Part shown: positions 18,856-28,705 of the stretch, piece after piece
Numbering within the stretch: the first letter of the stretch is position 1
Layout: every line of letters starts with the position of its first letter
Origin: a bacterium
GTDB lineage: Bacteria > Patescibacteriota > Microgenomatia > Levybacterales > UBA12049
Assembly (NCBI GenBank): GCA_021777565.1
Contig: JAJYDJ010000001.1
Location: 24,431 to 88,430 of the forward strand
Direction of reading: 5' to 3'
Length of the DNA stretch: 64,000 nucleotides
Program-made: the position numbers and the translations under genes
Notes under the pieces: generated by a model
What the model was told of the DNA's origin: nothing
What the model saw: only the letters and a program-made list of their open reading frames with translations
The model's database searches: none

Positions 18856-19386
18856 ATGGCAGCAATTCACTTCTCAGCAAAACTTACGACCATTGGTTCC
18901 TGGACGATCTTGCACCTTCCTGTATCGGCCAGTGCCAAGCTCCCATCTCGTGGTATGGTCGTAGTGAAAGGCATGCTTAATGGCGTTCCGGTTATCGAGC
19001 CACTCGAGCCTGATGGAGTAGGAAGTCATTGGTTTCGCCTGCAGAAGCCACTTCTAGATAAGATCAACGCAAAGTCGGGGGACAGTGTGGAGATGGATAT
19101 GGAGCCTACCAAAGAGTGGCCAGAGCCAGAAGTGCCTGACGATCTGGCAAAAGCATTGAAGGAAGATGAGAAAGCACGCGCAGTCTGGGAAAGTACGACT
19201 CCTATCGCACACTGGGATTGGGTGAGATCAATTCGCTCGACTAACAATCCAGCTACGCGTCAGAAGCGAGTAGAAGTCGCCATCTCCAAGCTTCGATCGG
19301 GCAAGAAAAGACAGTGCTGCTTTAATCGCTCCAGTTGCACTGACATGACCGTGTGTACCAACGGGAGACTTGCAGTAACGTTATAA
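18856..19386 (+). CDS. DUF1905 / YdeI-OmpD-associated family protein
   Basis: FSAKLTTIGSWTILHLPVSASAKLPSRGMVVVKGMLNGVPV matches the DUF1905 N-terminal domain. The C-terminal region resembles the bacteriocin-protection YdeI domain. Confidence 0.5.
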   Translation: MAAIHFSAKLTTIGSWTILHLPVSASAKLPSRGMVVVKGMLNGVPVIEPLEPDGVGSHWFRLQKPLLDKINAKSGDSVEMDMEPTKEWPEPEVPDDLAKALKEDEKARAVWESTTPIAHWDWVRSIRSTNNPATRQKRVEVAISKLRSGKKRQCCFNRSSCTDMTVCTNGRLAVTL

Positions 19387-19406
19387 ATGTGTGATATACT
19401 TCTCAT

Positions 19407-19799
19407 ATGAGTAACCCTGTCGTCCACTTCGAAATGCCTGCAAAAGATAAAAAACGTGTCGCAGATTTCTACACACAAGCATTTGGTTGGAATATGGTGC
19501 AAATGGGACCAGATATGGCCAATTACATTGTTGCCCAGACTAGTGAAACAGATGATCAAGGTATGGTAAAGACTCCAGGAACCATTAACGGTGGATTTTT
19601 TGATTATAAAGATGATGATCTCAATCGTGCACCACACTTAGTGATTTCTGTTGATAATCTTGACGAGAGTATTAAGGCAGTAGAAGCTGCCGGGGGAGAG
19701 ATGGCTGGTGAAAAAATGAATATTCCTGGTATTGGTTGGTATATTTCTTTCTACGATAGTGAGCACAACATCGTTGGTATGCTGCAGGCGACTCGCTAA
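19407..19799 (+). CDS. VOC-family (glyoxalase/bleomycin-resistance fold) protein
   Basis: 130 aa. VVHFEMPAKDKKRVADFYTQAFGW...INGGFF is a typical VOC pattern. Confidence 0.65.
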   Translation: MSNPVVHFEMPAKDKKRVADFYTQAFGWNMVQMGPDMANYIVAQTSETDDQGMVKTPGTINGGFFDYKDDDLNRAPHLVISVDNLDESIKAVEAAGGEMAGEKMNIPGIGWYISFYDSEHNIVGMLQATR

Positions 19800-20113
19800 A
19801 CGCGCTTCTTGGTTACAAACTCATAAATCTTCCAATTCATAAATGCACATGCGGCAAAGATAACCAGGAAAAGTGTCATAACAGGCTTGTGAAACATCAC
19901 CAGATCAACCGTCTCAATAAGACAGAGTGTATTCACCCCAAAGGCGATGTATGCAATATGTTCCCACAATTGATCAGTCATATATATTATTTTTTGATCA
20001 GCGTGGAGAGTTACCGACCTGTCGATAGGTCTGTAGAACACCTACTGAGAAGAATTATGGGGATACTGCGCAACGAAATCCTGTCTGTGACCTGATCTTT
20101 TTTCGCAATCTAC

Positions 20114-20488
20114 CTACTTTGTACTCAATTCCTTTTCGTAATTTGTATCAAGAATAAAGACTTCTAAAATTTCACCTGTTTTGGTACTCACATCACTGTG
20201 TGAGCTGACGACTGGATGATTGGTTATCGTACTCACTATTTCTCCCAATTGGGTCGTCAGAACGGTATGAAGTTGCTTCCTGATGTCTTTCACGATAGCA
20301 ACACCATTCTCACCCTCCAACAGCTTCTCCTCGATGGGGAGGAGTTTGCCTTTCAGGCGCAGAATAACCATATCCTCAACAATATAGATACGTGTCTCTT
20401 CAGGTCCTTGTCCCAGGGTCTGAACGTAGCACTTCGTTACTTGCTTTGAAATCTGGTCTTTAATTTGTCCAATAGTTAGTGTATCCAT
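20114..20488 (-). CDS. DUF2294 (MpsC-like) protein
   Basis: ISKQVTKCYVQTLGQGPEETRIYIVEDMVILRLKGKLLPIEE matches the DUF2294 consensus. Confidence 0.55.
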   Translation of the reverse strand: MDTLTIGQIKDQISKQVTKCYVQTLGQGPEETRIYIVEDMVILRLKGKLLPIEEKLLEGENGVAIVKDIRKQLHTVLTTQLGEIVSTITNHPVVSSHSDVSTKTGEILEVFILDTNYEKELSTK

Positions 20489-20656
20489 AGTACGAAAAAA
20501 ACCAGCAACATTTGCGATAAATATTACTGGTCTACTCTTGAACGATTGAAATTCAATCTTCCAACGGTCAACCTAAATAATATTATACGGGAAAAAAAGG
20601 AAGAATTCAAGGAGAAAATGATGCATTATGATTTATTACTATATATTTTGATATTC

Positions 20657-21070
20657 TTATTGCATGGATGCCGCCAGATAGTAGAAGATAATTGCTCCTA
20701 ACCCCCAAATAGGCATGGTGAGAAAGCTAGTGTAGCCAGAAATGGCAAATCGATGGTATGTCCAGAGCTTCTGGCCAACCACTGACTCGTAAGCAAAGCC
20801 AATCAGCCACTCCAGTACCGGCCCTAAGAGTGCAAAGATGATAAAGATACGAATCGGGGTCATCCCGCTCAGGAGATAGAGGACGATCATAGCCAGAAGT
20901 GGCATAGACATCAGGTAGAGATAGCGAGAGAGATAAAAATGAGAGGGATGTTTGGCTTTGCCTCTGCGATAGAAGCGTGAGAAGATGCTTTCAATCATTG
21001 CACCACCGATCAAAAGTGTGACAAAGAGGATGAGCGTGGGCAGCGGCTTCATACATTTATGATAACACAC
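20657..21070 (-). CDS. Small polytopic membrane protein (possibly 'putative ABC-transporter type IV' family)
   Basis: 137 aa with four transmembrane helices. ...YESVVGQKLWTY...IWGLG resembles the PF06541-type pattern. Weak. Confidence 0.35.
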   Translation of the reverse strand: MCYHKCMKPLPTLILFVTLLIGGAMIESIFSRFYRRGKAKHPSHFYLSRYLYLMSMPLLAMIVLYLLSGMTPIRIFIIFALLGPVLEWLIGFAYESVVGQKLWTYHRFAISGYTSFLTMPIWGLGAIIFYYLAASMQ

Positions 21071-21077
21071 TAGGAAT

Positions 21078-21572
21078 GTGATCCACTTGACAAGTTTTTG
21101 TTATTTTCATTATCCTGAAGAGGTGCAGAAGATTACGCCTTTTCTCTGGTTTGAAAAAGACGCCTCAAAAGTAGCAGAGTACTACACTTCTATTTTCAGA
21201 GATTCCAAGATGTTAACCTCACAGGAGGTTCATAACACCCCATCAGGTGATGTCGAAATTGTATCTGTCTCACTTGCTGGCCAGGAATTTACGCTCATGA
21301 GTGCAGGACCGATGTTTCATTTTACTGAGGCTATCTCTTTTGTCATTAGCTGTGATAACCAGGAAGAAATTGACTATTACTGGGAGAAATTAACCGCGGA
21401 TGGGGGAGAAGAAGGACAATGTGGCTGGTTGAAAGATAAATACGGCGTGTCTTGGCAAGTCGTCCCAAATCGTCTTGGTGAACTGCAAAAAGATCCTGAA
21501 CGAGCAGGCAGAGTGACCCAAGCCATGCTCAAAATGAAAAAATTTATCATCGCTGATCTAGAAAATGCCTAG
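21078..21572 (+). CDS. PhnB-like / 3-demethylubiquinone-9 3-methyltransferase-domain protein (VOC fold)
   Basis: ITPFLWF...AEYYTSIF......GQEFTLMSAGPMFHFTEAISFVISCD.QEEIDYYWEKL...CGWLKDKYGVSWQVVP matches this family closely. Confidence 0.7.
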   Translation: MIHLTSFCYFHYPEEVQKITPFLWFEKDASKVAEYYTSIFRDSKMLTSQEVHNTPSGDVEIVSVSLAGQEFTLMSAGPMFHFTEAISFVISCDNQEEIDYYWEKLTADGGEEGQCGWLKDKYGVSWQVVPNRLGELQKDPERAGRVTQAMLKMKKFIIADLENA

Positions 21573-21573
21573 G

Positions 21574-21822
21574 CTATGTCTGTTTCATGAGCACATGAAC
21601 GCCTTTTGGCAGATGAGTTGCCATATATAAGGCGAGGAAAATACCCGCAAGCATAATAATAACTCCAATGCTGGTGCTGTTGAGTTCGAAGGTATCCCAC
21701 TTGAGGCTAAATGTGGCTACACCACCAATCCCAAGGGCAGCAACCCCAGCTCCAAAGATGGCAAGAATATTGCCAACCCAGATGATGGCAGTATAGGTAA
21801 TAGAGGATTTCTTTTTGGCCAT
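21574..21822 (-). CDS. Small membrane protein (two transmembrane helices)
   Basis: 82 aa with two hydrophobic helices, tail-to-tail with the upstream gene. Confidence 0.35.
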   Translation of the reverse strand: MAKKKSSITYTAIIWVGNILAIFGAGVAALGIGGVATFSLKWDTFELNSTSIGVIIMLAGIFLALYMATHLPKGVHVLMKQT

Positions 21823-21899
21823 ACTTTAGCATAGGGTGATTTTTTCTCATGTGTCAGTGACCTACTTGACAAGTTTTCTCCACTGCCGGCATACTGAGG

Positions 21900-22379
21900 A
21901 TGGATATGAAAAAAATAGGCGTTGTTCTGCTTGTTGTTGTCATTCTGGTAGGTGCTGCTGGCTATGTTGGCCGTCATAAGATCAAATCGCTTCTTGCTGG
22001 TCCTACGCCGACTCCTGCTCCTACTCATGCCATGATGCCAGTCGCTGCCCCAACCGATAATATTTATAAAACAGCAACTGATGCCAAGAAGGGAACTTAT
22101 CTTACAGATTTCCAGGGTATGACACTCTATGTCTTTGACAAGGATACCCCCGGGATGAGCAACTGCACTGGCAAATGTCTGACTCTCTGGCCAGTCTACA
22201 CCTCTGGAGCAACGGCACAAAAAGAATTCCCAGTACACATTAGTGTTATCACCCGCAGTGATGGATCAAAACAATTTGCCTGGGATAATAAGCCACTTTA
22301 TTACTATGCTGGAGACAGTAAAGCCGGTGATCTGACCGGGGATGGTATCGGCGGCATTTGGCATATAGTTACTCCATAA
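21900..22379 (+). CDS. Secreted lipoprotein of the COG4315 family (Y-x-[FWY]-x-x-D repeats)
   Basis: Signal peptide. LYVFDKDTPG...C...C...WP and YYYAGD...GD are the paired repeats characteristic of COG4315. Confidence 0.55.
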   Translation: MDMKKIGVVLLVVVILVGAAGYVGRHKIKSLLAGPTPTPAPTHAMMPVAAPTDNIYKTATDAKKGTYLTDFQGMTLYVFDKDTPGMSNCTGKCLTLWPVYTSGATAQKEFPVHISVITRSDGSKQFAWDNKPLYYYAGDSKAGDLTGDGIGGIWHIVTP

Positions 22380-22411
22380 AAAAGAACTTCCTTTGTTTGC
22401 CTAACGAAGAT

Positions 22412-23467
22412 TTATAAGCGGTGGCTGCTTACCCAATTCTCGTACATGGTTGGATCTACTGGTGTGCGGACTCCTTTGGTGACGTCATATTGATAGGCTC
22501 CTGTACCGTCACTATCCAAGAAAGTCGTGGCACTATTCCAATATTTGGCACTGTTTGACGAAACAATTTGTGTCGCGCCACCAAACTGTACAAAGGTATT
22601 GGTCTGAAGATTGTAGACGGAGAGCATATAGGTTGGCTGTGTTCCTGCATACGTTACGATAATTGCATAGGTGCCATTTTGATTAACAACTGCATTTTGA
22701 ACGTGTTCACCCTTTAAAGAATCAGTAGTAAAGATCGTTCCCCAGTTGTTGCCTGAACCTGAGCTGAGTATGGTGCCATTACTATAATTGGCAAAAATTG
22801 CCCCCAAAGGTTGCACTTTGAGCGGTGTTTGATGGAGAAACGACGTTGCAATGCTGTCAGAAAGGGGTTCATCACTAGCTCGTGAGGTCTGTGGATAGGT
22901 AAAATTCACACCCGTTGCATTAAGAAGAAAGCCATTGGCCTGCTGTGCGCCGTTGGCAAATGCAAAATAGGTCGTTTGCATACTGCCAGTTGTTGGATCT
23001 ATCTGCACATCTTTGCCAATACCAGCAAATTTTGTGCCAGAAACTATGGTATATGGTCTGCCATAGAGCGTATTGGTTGTTCCAATTCCTGCTTGGTGTG
23101 TCAGGTGCATGGTCAGTGTTTGATAGGAGAGAGTCAGTGAATAGCAGTCGGTACTACATACCGCTGTGTCAGGGTCAGTGATGGTTATTTGTGCCCCTTG
23201 GGGGTATTGAAACGTGAGTGAAGGATATGCAGCATTAGTATAAGAAACCCAGGTAATCTGGGGCTGCTGTGCTTGTTTTGTGGCGTTGGGGTAGAAAAAG
23301 TGGGTAATGTTTTCTCTGAGTTGCGTGTTCACCAGTACGGAAGATGCCCCACCAACGATAACAACAAAGAAAAAGGTAGCGATAAGCACCACCACTCGTG
23401 AGGTATGTTTGTGTACCGGATGGGGCAGAACGGTGCGAGGATGTGGTGCTAAATTAATCTCTTCCAT
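22412..23467 (-). CDS. Hypothetical membrane-anchored secreted protein
   Basis: 351 aa. N-terminal transmembrane anchor followed by a Thr/Ser/Gly-rich beta-type composition. Confidence 0.45.
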   Translation of the reverse strand: MEEINLAPHPRTVLPHPVHKHTSRVVVLIATFFFVVIVGGASSVLVNTQLRENITHFFYPNATKQAQQPQITWVSYTNAAYPSLTFQYPQGAQITITDPDTAVCSTDCYSLTLSYQTLTMHLTHQAGIGTTNTLYGRPYTIVSGTKFAGIGKDVQIDPTTGSMQTTYFAFANGAQQANGFLLNATGVNFTYPQTSRASDEPLSDSIATSFLHQTPLKVQPLGAIFANYSNGTILSSGSGNNWGTIFTTDSLKGEHVQNAVVNQNGTYAIIVTYAGTQPTYMLSVYNLQTNTFVQFGGATQIVSSNSAKYWNSATTFLDSDGTGAYQYDVTKGVRTPVDPTMYENWVSSHRL

Positions 23468-23547
23468 ATCTTTACGATAACATAGTTTTGATATGCAGAG
23501 GAACTATTGCTTATATCACAAATCTGGGTATATGCTGAATAAAGAGT

Positions 23548-24813
23548 ATGCGTTCACTCATCGCGTTCACCGGAAAGTTTTGGGAATGGAGAAAACAATA
23601 TAAACTTCTTTTTGCCTTGTGTCTGATGTTTTTCTTCTGGACGCTTTTTGACGGGACTGTCTCCTACATCACGCCACTTGCTATCAAACAAGCAGGTTTT
23701 TCTGACACACTTATTGGATTTATTATCGGGAGTTCATCCATCTTTGGGGCATTGTTTGACATGTTTTTAAGCAAATTCTTGAAAAGCACACACTTTAGAC
23801 GAATTTATCTGTTGATGTTTATTCTTTGTTTTGCCTTCCCAGTAGTTTTACTTATTGGCAGGACGCTTTTTATGTTTGTTTTGGCGATGGCCATCTGGGG
23901 ACTGTATTTTGACCTGATGAATTTTGGGACACTGGATTTTGTGGGCAGAAAAGCCGATGAATCTGAGCGCGCTGATCATTTTGGAAGACTCTCTATCTTT
24001 AAAGAACTTGGATATATGTTGGCACCACTGGTTGTCGGGTTAGTTATTGGCGAGTCAGATATCATTGGTGCACCGCCACTGATTCTTATGTGTATTTTCC
24101 TCGGTATATCAGTCCTGTTTTTTGTCGTGGTAACAAGTATTTCTAAAAAAGAAAAACAGGAATATATTGAGGATGAAAAACTTCGTATCCGTAATGTGTT
24201 TGTAGAAATTTATCTCTGGCGCACCTTCGGCAGAGCACTGTTCCCGGCACTCGTTCTTTTTACCCTCTTAAATATTTTTGATTCATTTTTCTGGACGCTC
24301 GGTCCACTTTTGGCAGAGTCTTATACCAATCTGCACCCTTTTAACGGCATTCTGTTGACGGTGTACACACTGCCGTCTCTTCTGGTGGGGTGGTTTGTGG
24401 GTAATGTGACCAGTAAATTTGGCAAAAGGAGAACTGCCTACGGTGCATTCTTCTTAAGTTCAGTTGCCATCGCATTTTTCTCCAGTATGCATAACCCCTA
24501 TCTCATCCTTTTGGATGTCTTTGTTGCGTCATCGTTCCTAGGATTCTCATTCCCAGCACTCAACGGGGCATTCTCAGACTATCTGGTCGAGAGTGCCAAT
24601 CGTGAACGCGAGATAGAGGCACTTGGCGATTTTTATACCAACATTGGATACGTAGTAGGGCCGATGGTTGCTGGATTACTTGCTGATAAAGTTGGCATTG
24701 CAGGATCGTTTAGCTACTTGGGTATTTTCTGTGCCGTGTGCGGAGCACTTCTTTTGGTCATGGCGCCGCGTAAAATTCATCCTCAAATTGTGGTTCCTCG
24801 AAGTATTAGTTAA
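23548..24813 (+). CDS. MFS-family transporter
   Basis: 421 aa with about 12 predicted transmembrane segments. The loop motif GRKADESERADHFGRLSIF is between TM2 and TM3, the usual MFS position. Confidence 0.55.
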   Translation: MRSLIAFTGKFWEWRKQYKLLFALCLMFFFWTLFDGTVSYITPLAIKQAGFSDTLIGFIIGSSSIFGALFDMFLSKFLKSTHFRRIYLLMFILCFAFPVVLLIGRTLFMFVLAMAIWGLYFDLMNFGTLDFVGRKADESERADHFGRLSIFKELGYMLAPLVVGLVIGESDIIGAPPLILMCIFLGISVLFFVVVTSISKKEKQEYIEDEKLRIRNVFVEIYLWRTFGRALFPALVLFTLLNIFDSFFWTLGPLLAESYTNLHPFNGILLTVYTLPSLLVGWFVGNVTSKFGKRRTAYGAFFLSSVAIAFFSSMHNPYLILLDVFVASSFLGFSFPALNGAFSDYLVESANREREIEALGDFYTNIGYVVGPMVAGLLADKVGIAGSFSYLGIFCAVCGALLLVMAPRKIHPQIVVPRSIS

Positions 24814-25268
24814 GAAGCAATGACTGGGATGTCATGTCGATAACGCTTCACTACCAATTGCAGCAGTGAGAGTATCCAAATAAGTGTGTTGAGTGCCTCA
24901 ACAAAGAGACAATACTGGCAAAACATATGTAACATTTCTGCCTGGACAAATATGAGTATGATCGATATGACCAGTGCCATACTTGTAAAGAAAAAAGTTA
25001 CTTGTGTGAGAAGACGTTGTCGTGTCTCGTGAGAGAGGATTAAAAGCGCTAATAGGAAGACATAATACAGCGCTCCAATCAATGCAATGGGAATGCCAAA
25101 GACAACGGCGTATTGACTGGTCAGAACAGTCTCACAACTCCCACTGACGGAACAAGGGGGAATAATATGGCGATAATGAACGATGGTTAAGTATGCTGCA
25201 TCCAAAAAAGCCAGAAATGCAAAAAATGCAGTAGCAAGAGTGATATGCGTACGAGTCAGCAGGTGCAT
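24810..25268 (-). CDS. Vitamin K epoxide reductase (VKOR) family membrane thiol oxidoreductase
   Basis: AYLTIVHY....PCSVSGSCETVLTSQYAVVFGIPIALIGALYY matches the VKOR core C...SC..VL.S.YA...GIP.AL.G. Confidence 0.6.
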   Translation of the reverse strand: MHLLTRTHITLATAFFAFLAFLDAAYLTIVHYRHIIPPCSVSGSCETVLTSQYAVVFGIPIALIGALYYVFLLALLILSHETRQRLLTQVTFFFTSMALVISIILIFVQAEMLHMFCQYCLFVEALNTLIWILSLLQLVVKRYRHDIPVIAS

Positions 25269-25453
25269 AGAGGTATTGTAGCACAGGAAGAAGACGAAAC
25301 GGGATTGACGGATAACATCTCTCTACAGTACAATCAACATATGTTCAATAAAAACTTTACCTCCTGGATGCGCGGTCACCTTATTATTAAGGTTGGCTAG
25401 GCGGTGGGAGTAACGTTTTTTTTCTAGAACCTCCCACAACAAGGGGAGGTTTT

Positions 25454-27931
25454 TTGTATATGAAAGAATTATCTTTTAAACCAACAAACTATCAGGTCAC
25501 ATACACCGTAGATTTTGAAAAATTTACTTTTTCGGCAGAAGAGGTAATGACATTTTCTGTAGTGAAAGCTACCAAGGTGCTTACACTGGATGTTGTTGCA
25601 CTCAGTATAGATGCCTGTCAATTTGAAGGTGAGGACATCGCATATGAAGTTGATGAAAAGAAACACACATTGACAATTACGCTGCCAAAAACATTGCCTG
25701 CAGGTGAATATGCAGTGACGATACACTTTTCGGGTGCATATAAGGATCAACATGCTGGTTGGTATCGAGCAAGCTATATGGCTAATGGAGAGAAAAAATA
25801 TATGCTGACGTCCCATTTTGAGGCAGCAGATGCCCGAAGGGCTCTTCCTTGTGTAGATCACCCAAATTATAAAGCCACATTCTCAATAACATTTGTGATG
25901 CCAGAGTCCCTGGAAGGACTTTCTAACATGCCTATCGCATCGGTTGAGGAGATAGGTAATGGTATGAAGCGGGTTGTCTTTGAAGTTTCTCCTAAAATGT
26001 CTACGTATCTGCTTTATTTGGGTATTGGAGACTTTGAATATGTAGAAGACGCATATCGTGATGTTATGGTGCGCGGTGTAGCAGTGAAAGGGAAGGCAGA
26101 ATATACAAAATTCGCCATTGAGGTAACGAAGAAAACATTGGAATTCTTTGAAGACTACTTCGGTGTGCCATATCCACTGCCTAAAATGGATCTGATCGCT
26201 GATCCCGACTTTGCGATGGGTGCTATGGAGCAGTGGGGCGCTATTACCTTCCGTGAAACAAGACTTCTAGTCTATCCAGGCAAAACCTCACTCGCCGCAA
26301 GACAACGCTGTGCAGAAACAGTAGCGCACGAGCTGGCCCACCAGTGGTTTGGCAACTTGGTAACTATGAAGTGGTGGGATAATCTCTGGCTCAACGAAAG
26401 TTTCGCGACGGTCATGGCATACAAGACTATTGAAGTGTTATATCCCGAATGGGATCTGTGGACAGAATACGTAGAAGATACAGTATTTGATGGCATGGGG
26501 CTGGATGTTCTAGCCTCCTCTCATCCGGTTGTGCAGCCTTTAGAGGATGTTTCAGAGGTAGAGAGTCGATTTGACGAAATTACCTATGACAAGGGAGGTT
26601 CAGTGCTTCGCATGTTGGAGGGATACGTTGGCAAAGAAGCATACAGAGAGGGGCTACAGGCATATATTAAGAAGTTTGCGTATGCCAATGCCCAAGGAGA
26701 GGATTTGTGGGGAGCAATTCAGGAAGCATCAGGGAAACCTGTCACACCTATGATGGAATCGTTCTTAACACAAAGTGGGTTCCCACAAGTACAATTCACT
26801 CGAGATGGGGATACAGTAATTGTGTCGCAGTCGCAGTTTCTTTTGAATCAGGATGTAGCTTCTGAGAAGATTTGGGATATTCCTATTTCAATAAAAGATG
26901 TTCATGGAAAAGAATATGCATTCCTTCTTCATAAACAAAAAGAAGAAGTACGTATCCCTGTAGGAGAGATAGTGGCCACCAATACTGACTATATGAATTT
27001 CTATGTTAGCTCTTGTGATGGAGCACTTGTGGAGGAAATGCGCAAGAATAAAGAGCACATGAATGCTAGAGAGAAGCTTGGATTTATCCATGATTTGGGC
27101 TTTTTGGCAAAAGGATGTGTCCTGCCTATGCTGGAATACCTGAATGTTATCGAGAATTTCTTTGGTTCAGAACAAGATCCTTCAGTGCTTGGTTACCTGC
27201 TTGGCCAATTGGAAGATTTGCATGGACTGGTACCGACCGATGCAGGAGAACGTCTACTTGGGCAGTTGGCACGAAGGAGTTTGGAACTATTTGGCTATCG
27301 TCCTAAAGAAGGGGAGTCATCACACGTTCCTGCGATGCGTATTGCAGCATTGTATATACTTGGGATGCAGGATGATACTGACGTCATTGACTTTGCAAAG
27401 CAGGCATTTGAAGAGTTCCTTATTGATGAAGCATCACTCCATGCAGATCTGAGAGGAGTAGTGTATGCGCTTGCAGCATGGCAAAGTAGCGAAAATCACA
27501 AAAAACTTCTCTCCTTATATAAGGAGCATGCCGTAGAAGAAGAGAAAACCAAGTTCCTTGCGGCACTGGGATACAGTAAAGAGGTAGACCGTATTCAGGA
27601 CGTGTTATCACTCGCTCTTACCCCTGAAGTTCGTTTTGTCAATCTAATTTACTTAAATCCTGCCTTCCAGCGCAATCCACACATGAAACCACATGCCTTC
27701 CAGTGGCTTGATACCAACTGGGACTTGCTTATGGAACTCAGTGGAGGAGGCATGGGACAGATGCTTCTGCGCAGAAATATGAAGGCAATCTTACCTGGAC
27801 ATAGCACTCGTGATACAGAAGAGGCTTTGTCATTCCTTGACAAAGTGACAACGCCAACTCTCCAGCAGGCAAAAAGAGAAGTGCGAGAAGAGATTGAGAA
27901 TATTAAGAGGTTTGTAAACTACAATAAATAA
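25454..27931 (+). CDS. pepN: Aminopeptidase N (M1 family)
   Basis: GAMEQWG, HELAHQWFGNLVTMKWWDNLWLNESFA (HExxH...E) and 825 aa length are all typical. Confidence 0.85.
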   Translation: MYMKELSFKPTNYQVTYTVDFEKFTFSAEEVMTFSVVKATKVLTLDVVALSIDACQFEGEDIAYEVDEKKHTLTITLPKTLPAGEYAVTIHFSGAYKDQHAGWYRASYMANGEKKYMLTSHFEAADARRALPCVDHPNYKATFSITFVMPESLEGLSNMPIASVEEIGNGMKRVVFEVSPKMSTYLLYLGIGDFEYVEDAYRDVMVRGVAVKGKAEYTKFAIEVTKKTLEFFEDYFGVPYPLPKMDLIADPDFAMGAMEQWGAITFRETRLLVYPGKTSLAARQRCAETVAHELAHQWFGNLVTMKWWDNLWLNESFATVMAYKTIEVLYPEWDLWTEYVEDTVFDGMGLDVLASSHPVVQPLEDVSEVESRFDEITYDKGGSVLRMLEGYVGKEAYREGLQAYIKKFAYANAQGEDLWGAIQEASGKPVTPMMESFLTQSGFPQVQFTRDGDTVIVSQSQFLLNQDVASEKIWDIPISIKDVHGKEYAFLLHKQKEEVRIPVGEIVATNTDYMNFYVSSCDGALVEEMRKNKEHMNAREKLGFIHDLGFLAKGCVLPMLEYLNVIENFFGSEQDPSVLGYLLGQLEDLHGLVPTDAGERLLGQLARRSLELFGYRPKEGESSHVPAMRIAALYILGMQDDTDVIDFAKQAFEEFLIDEASLHADLRGVVYALAAWQSSENHKKLLSLYKEHAVEEEKTKFLAALGYSKEVDRIQDVLSLALTPEVRFVNLIYLNPAFQRNPHMKPHAFQWLDTNWDLLMELSGGGMGQMLLRRNMKAILPGHSTRDTEEALSFLDKVTTPTLQQAKREVREEIENIKRFVNYNK

Positions 27932-27934
27932 TTT

Positions 27935-28666
27935 CTATTTTTCTGATCCCATGACTGTATTCTTGAAGTCGTCATAGTTGGATGCATTCGTAATTGATTT
28001 ACCATTCACAAAGAAGGTCGGTGTTGCATTTACCCCTGCAGTCGTACCTGCATCTTCTTCATCGTTAATAAATTTGAGTGTACTATCAGCATTCATATCT
28101 TGCTGTAATTTCGTGGTGTCTAGTCCAAGACTTTGTGCATATTTCATGAATTGGGAAGTTGGATCGGGAAGTTCTGCCCATTCAGACTGGTGCTCAAAAA
28201 GGATATCGTTGACTTGCCAGAATTTACCCTGCAGTGAGGCGGCATACGCAAATCTTGCTGAGGCAAGTGCATTCTGGTGAATCTGGGTCAGTGGGAAGAA
28301 GCGATAAATAAAGTGAATCTTTGATCCTTCTTCTGCAATAAGTTGTTTTACAAATGGATGATAGGCCGCACAGGCTGGGCACTGGAAATCTGAGTACTCG
28401 ATGACCGTTATCTTGGCTTGTGCTGAGCCGGTCGCGATATCTTGTGCAGTAACGGCAGGCGCGGTCATGGCGGGCGCTTCTGATGGAGCAGTAGCAAGTT
28501 TATACAATCCAAATACTGAGGCAATAAGAACGACTGGGATAGTGCCCCATAGAACCCACTTTTTCATCTTTTGTTGCTTCTCAGATTGTTCTAATTTCTC
28601 TTCCCACTCTTGTCTCTCGAGTTTTCTTTGTGCTTTTTTCTCTGCTTTTGTCAGAACCTGATCCAT
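27935..28666 (-). CDS. DsbA-like thiol:disulfide oxidoreductase with an N-terminal membrane anchor
   Basis: Thioredoxin-fold CxxC active site YSDFQCPACAAYHP. Transmembrane helix near the N-terminus. Confidence 0.65.
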   Translation of the reverse strand: MDQVLTKAEKKAQRKLERQEWEEKLEQSEKQQKMKKWVLWGTIPVVLIASVFGLYKLATAPSEAPAMTAPAVTAQDIATGSAQAKITVIEYSDFQCPACAAYHPFVKQLIAEEGSKIHFIYRFFPLTQIHQNALASARFAYAASLQGKFWQVNDILFEHQSEWAELPDPTSQFMKYAQSLGLDTTKLQQDMNADSTLKFINDEEDAGTTAGVNATPTFFVNGKSITNASNYDDFKNTVMGSEK

Positions 28667-28705
28667 ACCCCAATAATGACAGAGAAAACAGGAGATTGCA
28701 AGAAG

